Source: Geopsychrobacteraceae bacterium (lineage in GTDB: Bacteria; Desulfobacterota; Desulfuromonadia; Desulfuromonadales; Geopsychrobacteraceae). Taken from it: a DNA stretch of 64,000 bases. The notes beneath the pieces are model-generated. The model had not been told where the DNA came from and did not search any database. It saw only the letters and a list, made by a program, of their open reading frames with translations. Location: assembly GCA_963676795.2 (NCBI GenBank), contig CAXXTB010000002.1, positions 1,440,001 through 1,504,000 on the forward strand, in the 5' to 3' direction. Positions 59,630 to 64,000 of this stretch are shown here, in pieces (position 1 is the first letter of the stretch; every line of letters begins with the position of its first letter). The translations under genes and the position numbers were made by a program.

Positions 59630-61000
59630 TTGAATTATCCTGATATCGTTTTTCACGGGGCCACCCGTGGTGTAACCGGCTCTTGCCATGAACTGTGCGT
59701 CGATTCGCGGAATTCCATTCTGATCGACTGCGGTATTTCGCAGGAAGGGGAACAGACATCTGCTGAGATCGATTTCCCTGTTGAGTATATCCGCGCCCTT
59801 ATCATTACCCACGTCCATATCGACCATGTCGGACGGATTCCCTACCTTCTGGCCGCTGGTTTCAATGGCCCGATCTACTGTTCAGAGGCATCAGCTCTGC
59901 TCTTGCCGTTGATGCTGGAAGATGCGGTGCGCATCGGTTTTACCCGCAACCCTTCGCTGATTGATCAATTTGTCCACAAAATCAATGAACTGATTGTTCC
60001 CGTGCCTTATAAAACGTGGGTTTCTCTGCCCCTTGGCCGTAAAGAAATACGCATAAAAATGCAACCGGCCGGGCATATCCTGGGGTCGGCCTATGTTGAG
60101 TGTGATGTCGCAGGTAAACGGTTTGTCTTTTCCGGTGACCTGGGTGCGCCCTATGCGCCATTGTTGCCTGCACCTCAAGCTCCTTACCGGGCTGATGTTC
60201 TGGTGCTTGAAAGCACCTATGGCGACAGGGGTCATGACGGGCGGCGCCAACGCCGTGAACAATTGCGAAAAATCATTGAAGCTTCTCTTCAGAACCGTGG
60301 CGTAATCCTTATTCCGGCATTCAGCATCGGCAGGACACAGGAGCTTCTTTACGAACTTGAAGGGCTGATTTTTGCTTTGCGTCAGCAGTACGCTGCTGAT
60401 GGTTTGCCCTGGGATGAACTGGAAATTGTCGTCGATTCGCCGCTGGCCACGGAATTTACCGACGCTTACCGGCAGTTGCAGTCCTGCTGGGATGCCGAGG
60501 CCAAACAGCGGCTTCGCCAGGGGCGGCATCCGCTCTCTTTTGAGCAGATGACCACCATCGGTTCTCATGAAGAGCATCTGCAGACGGTTGAATATCTCAA
60601 GAAAACGGCCCGGCCCTGTATCGTCATTGCTGGAAGCGGGATGTGTAACGGGGGAAGGATTGTCAATTATCTGAAGGCTTTATTGGCTGATACCAGGACC
60701 GATGTCCTGTTTGTCGGTTATCAGGCTGCAGGTACCCCCGGACGCGATATCCAGACCTATGGTCCAAAGGGTGGTTATGTCGTGCTGGATGGCCGGCGTT
60801 ACACTATCGCTGCCAAGGTTCATACAATTCACGGTTATTCGGCGCACGCCGATCAACAGAACCTGGTCAATTTCGTCAGACGCATGCGCGTAAAGCCGCA
60901 AAAAATCTACCTGGTTCATGGTGAAGCACCTGCCAAAGCAGCCTTGAAGGATCAATTGTTGCGACTTGGTGAAGGGATTGATATCGAGATTCCTCTATGA
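59630..61000 (+). CDS. MBL-fold beta-CASP ribonuclease (YSH1-like)
   Basis: VTGSCH, THVHIDH, AGHILGS, ESTYG, SAHAD and VHGE motifs. Confidence 0.9.
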   Translation: MNYPDIVFHGATRGVTGSCHELCVDSRNSILIDCGISQEGEQTSAEIDFPVEYIRALIITHVHIDHVGRIPYLLAAGFNGPIYCSEASALLLPLMLEDAVRIGFTRNPSLIDQFVHKINELIVPVPYKTWVSLPLGRKEIRIKMQPAGHILGSAYVECDVAGKRFVFSGDLGAPYAPLLPAPQAPYRADVLVLESTYGDRGHDGRRQRREQLRKIIEASLQNRGVILIPAFSIGRTQELLYELEGLIFALRQQYAADGLPWDELEIVVDSPLATEFTDAYRQLQSCWDAEAKQRLRQGRHPLSFEQMTTIGSHEEHLQTVEYLKKTARPCIVIAGSGMCNGGRIVNYLKALLADTRTDVLFVGYQAAGTPGRDIQTYGPKGGYVVLDGRRYTIAAKVHTIHGYSAHADQQNLVNFVRRMRVKPQKIYLVHGEAPAKAALKDQLLRLGEGIDIEIPL

Positions 61001-61042
61001 TCTAGGGTTGTTACAGTGGTAGAGTAATCAAAATCAATTTTT

Positions 61043-61468
61043 GTCCACTGAAAACACGGAAGACACGGAAAATGCCTTAATTCAACAGGGATGAAAGGGA
61101 TAAACAGGATGAAGTCAGGAGCAATATGACTTGATTGATAAAATACAGAACAGCCAAGTTCTTGTTTTAGGTTTCCCATTATCTCATTCTTCTCCAGTAT
61201 CCCTGTTGAATCGTTTGCAAATTTTTTTCTGCGTGTTTTGTTTAAAAAAATGTTTTTTGATAATAATTCCGTGATTTCCGTGTCTTCCGTGGATATGTTG
61301 TTCAATGATCAATTTCATCCATTTGATCAATGTTTGTTGATTTGTCAGGATTTGTCTGTGTGGGTCTGTGATAAAAAAGCAGATTTTAAGGCTTTTACAA
61401 TTTCGAGCTTTTCGTGTTTTTCGTGGATATAATAGATTTGTGACTGTGATTTCACTGAGTTCGTGGAT
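61043..61468. repeat. Composite nested inverted-repeat block
   Basis: B-left 61043 encloses D-left 61084 and D-right ending 61210; B-right 61267-61294; then H-like, C-right and A-right 61401-61428. Confidence 0.8.
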
Positions 61469-61488
61469 ATTTAATTGCTGATTATCTG

Positions 61489-63543
61489 GTGCCTATGATT
61501 CTGAATATCCTGATCTGGCTTGCATCTCTGGCCGCCCTGTTTAGTGGCGTGGCGGTTCTGTTGCGACGGAAGTATCTTGTCTCAACACTGTTGCTGTGCT
61601 CCGCACTGATTTTTGTCACTGCTTTGGGCGTAGCAGATTATCTGACATTCCAGAATTTTTCAGAGATCTGGCCTTTGCGAAAAACTGCCCAGATCCTTGA
61701 AGCGTTTATCGCCATCTGTTTTTATTTTTATACCAAGACCACCTTCAGGGATAACTCTGAGATCTATCGCGGACCGGGGTTCTGGGGGGCGGTGGTTGTT
61801 TCTCTTCTGCTGCTGGTTGTCTCTTTTTCAGTGCCGGTCAGCGCATTTGTTTTTTCACCAGATATCCTCACTGAAAAGACCCTGTTTTTGACGGCTTATG
61901 GTTTTTACTTTTATGTCCTGCTGATGGTTTATTTCATTGCCGGACTTGTTCAGCTGGAAAGAAGCTATGCTTCGATTCATCCGCTCCAGCGCTGGAGTAT
62001 CAAAACGGAGGTTGTCGGCTCGGGGCTTCTGGGCGTGACATTTGCGCTCTATTTCAGCCAGAGCCTGCTCTACCGGTCATTGAACCTTGAGCATAGTGGT
62101 TTCCGCTCTTTCTTTGTTATCGTCGCCTGTGCATTGATTTTCTATTCGCGGTTTTTTCGTGACCGGTCTGCATCACGTTTTTCCATCTCGCGGGGGATCG
62201 CGCAACGTTCTTTTGTTCTGCTGATCGTCGGCAGTTATCTCATCTTACTTGGTATTCTCGGCGAGGGACTGCGCTACCTGCAGGTTGCGGATTACAAGTC
62301 GGTCATATACGTTCTTCTGCTGGTCGGTGCCGCCGGACTCTGTGCTGTTTCTCTCTCAGAGCAGCTCAGACGGAAGCTGAAGGTTACCTTTCACAAGAAT
62401 TTTTTCCAGGCAAAATATGATTATCGTCAGGAGTGGCAGAAATTTGCGGCCAAGGTCGGCGAAGGCAGCTCCTTACCTGAGGTGCAGAAGGCGATTCTGG
62501 AACTTTTTTGCGACCCTCTCGCCTGTAAGGGCTCGGCGCTCTATCTGCGTGATTTTGAATCTGCGGACTATCTTCATGTGGATGCTTTCAATTTTCCGCG
62601 TGACTGGCGTCCTTTTGCTGCAGAGGATCCGCTGATCCGTCAACTGCAGGAACGCAGCTGGATTATTAATCTGCGTGATGAGAATCAGCCCCTTGAGGAT
62701 TCGATGATCCATACCTTCAGGGATACGGGAGTGTTTCTGATTGTTCCTATGTTCTTTGATGAAGAGCTCTATGGTTTTGTTGTGTTGGCCGATCAGATTA
62801 ACCGGGAGAACCTGACCTATGAGGATTATGATCTGCTCAAGATGCTGTCCCGCCAATCGATTGCGATCATTCACGGTCTGAGATTGTCTGAACAGTTGAC
62901 CGCCAGCCGGGAGATGGCAGCAATCGGTAAGGTTTCAACCTTTGTCCTGCACGACCTGAAGAATCAGGTGTCCGGACTGTCGCTGATGCTCGACAACGCC
63001 AGGGATTATATTGATGATCCGGAATTTCAGGAGGATATGCTTGAGACGATCGGCAATACCGTCAGAAATATGAATGGCCTGATTGCCCGTTTGAAGAACC
63101 TCAAGGAAAAGCCGAGCCTGGCCATAGAGCGTGTTCAGCTGGGGGCTGTTGTCAGTGATGCCGTCGATACGGTCAGGGGGAATATTGAACTGTCGGGTGA
63201 TCCGGTGAGTATTGCGGCAGACAATGAGGAGATCTATAAGGTGCTGATGAACCTGTTGGTCAATGCCGTTGAAGCTTCACCTGCCGGCTCCTGTATCCAT
63301 GTCTGCTACGGTCTTGAGGGCGACAAGGCCTTCGTGACCGTGACAGATTCCGGGTGCGGTATGGCGCAGGAGTTTATTGATGAGAAGCTGTTTACTCCTT
63401 TTCTGACAACCAAGAAGCATGGTTTTGGTATCGGACTCTATCAATGCCGTCAGATTATTGAGTCGCATGGTGGGGAGATCGATGTTGTCAGTGAAGTTGG
63501 CAAGGGGAGTACCTTCCGGATTCTGTTGCCAGTTGCAGATTGA
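61489..63543 (+). CDS. prsK: PEP-CTERM system histidine kinase
   Basis: N-terminal TM helices, KYDYRQEW, GAF domain, FVLHDLKN H-box, HATPase GFGIGL. Confidence 0.92.
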   Translation: MPMILNILIWLASLAALFSGVAVLLRRKYLVSTLLLCSALIFVTALGVADYLTFQNFSEIWPLRKTAQILEAFIAICFYFYTKTTFRDNSEIYRGPGFWGAVVVSLLLLVVSFSVPVSAFVFSPDILTEKTLFLTAYGFYFYVLLMVYFIAGLVQLERSYASIHPLQRWSIKTEVVGSGLLGVTFALYFSQSLLYRSLNLEHSGFRSFFVIVACALIFYSRFFRDRSASRFSISRGIAQRSFVLLIVGSYLILLGILGEGLRYLQVADYKSVIYVLLLVGAAGLCAVSLSEQLRRKLKVTFHKNFFQAKYDYRQEWQKFAAKVGEGSSLPEVQKAILELFCDPLACKGSALYLRDFESADYLHVDAFNFPRDWRPFAAEDPLIRQLQERSWIINLRDENQPLEDSMIHTFRDTGVFLIVPMFFDEELYGFVVLADQINRENLTYEDYDLLKMLSRQSIAIIHGLRLSEQLTASREMAAIGKVSTFVLHDLKNQVSGLSLMLDNARDYIDDPEFQEDMLETIGNTVRNMNGLIARLKNLKEKPSLAIERVQLGAVVSDAVDTVRGNIELSGDPVSIAADNEEIYKVLMNLLVNAVEASPAGSCIHVCYGLEGDKAFVTVTDSGCGMAQEFIDEKLFTPFLTTKKHGFGIGLYQCRQIIESHGGEIDVVSEVGKGSTFRILLPVAD

Positions 63544-63590
63544 AAGTCTTAAGTGCGGGTTTACGATAAATATGTAAAAGGCACAATCGG

Positions 63591-63876
63591 GTCCACGGAA
63601 AACACGGAAGACGCGGAAATTAAGACTAAAATCTCTTCGCACAAAGGCACAGAGAAACAGAGGAAAGCAATAAGTTCTTAATCATATGAAATAAACCATT
63701 ACGTCATCCTTTGCCTGTAAAAATACAGGTCCTGGTTTTTCTTTGTCTCTTTGTGTCTTGAGAGAGCGCAGTGAACGGGCTCGAAATTGGTTTTGTTCTG
63801 TGGTCATTTCGCGCTTTTCGTGTTTTTCGTGGACTGATAAAGTTGATCTTCCGTGATTTCCGTGTTTTCTATAGAT
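63591..63876. repeat. Composite nested inverted-repeat block between prsK and prsR
   Basis: B-left 63591, E-left 63636, E-right ending about 63785, A-right 63807-63834, B-right 63849-63876. Confidence 0.75.
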
Positions 63877-63917
63877 ATAATGCTTATGTGTTTTTTCGGT
63901 GACGAATTGGAGCGGGT

Positions 63918-64000
63918 GTGAAGAAACTACTGATTGTTGATGACAACCATGAAATCCGTAAACAGCTGAAATGGGGACTGGCCAAAGATTACCGTATCCT
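63918..64000 (+). CDS. prsR: PEP-CTERM-box sigma-54 response regulator (N-terminal fragment)
   Basis: GTG start after GGAG; MKKLLIVDDNHEIRKQLKWGL; follows prsK; runs off the window. Confidence 0.8.
   Translation, partial: MKKLLIVDDNHEIRKQLKWGLAKDYRI

Noticed and set aside
1..64000. tRNA or rRNA genes
   Set aside because: No cloverleaf or rRNA signature recognised in the intergenic regions

Overview
Bacterial chromosome segment. Gene content and synteny suggest a Desulfuromonadales/Geobacter-like deltaproteobacterium (inference). 1-9.6 kb: core infB-DUF503-rbfA-DHH-truB-rpsO-pnp-dut-DUF493-Sua5/YciO run. 10.2-13.1 kb: a PilT-family ATPase and a DUF4388 protein on the minus strand. 13.3-64 kb: a large PEP-CTERM/exosortase-A exopolysaccharide locus with a PEP-CTERM gene (sigma-54 promoter), PrsT, priming transferase, Wza/Wzc-like export, exosortase/EpsI, glycosyltransferases, flippase, polymerase, an AsnB/NadE-like/ACP/acyl-ligase tailoring module, and PrsK plus the start of PrsR. 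The most striking unexplained structure is a set of at least six short inverted-repeat 'arm' families. Each is built from three 9-10-nt sub-repeats. They fill the intergenic gaps of the locus in nested and tandem arrangements and directly bracket two GxxExxY PD-(D/E)xK nuclease genes and a HEPN/MNT toxin-antitoxin pair. This suggests a REP/RAYT-like nuclease-plus-palindrome cassette system (hypothesis). Also present: several MITE/REP-like elements, IS3 and IS256 remnants, a RAYT-like Y1 transposase and a PIN toxin-antitoxin pair. All calls come from reading the sequence; no searches were run.
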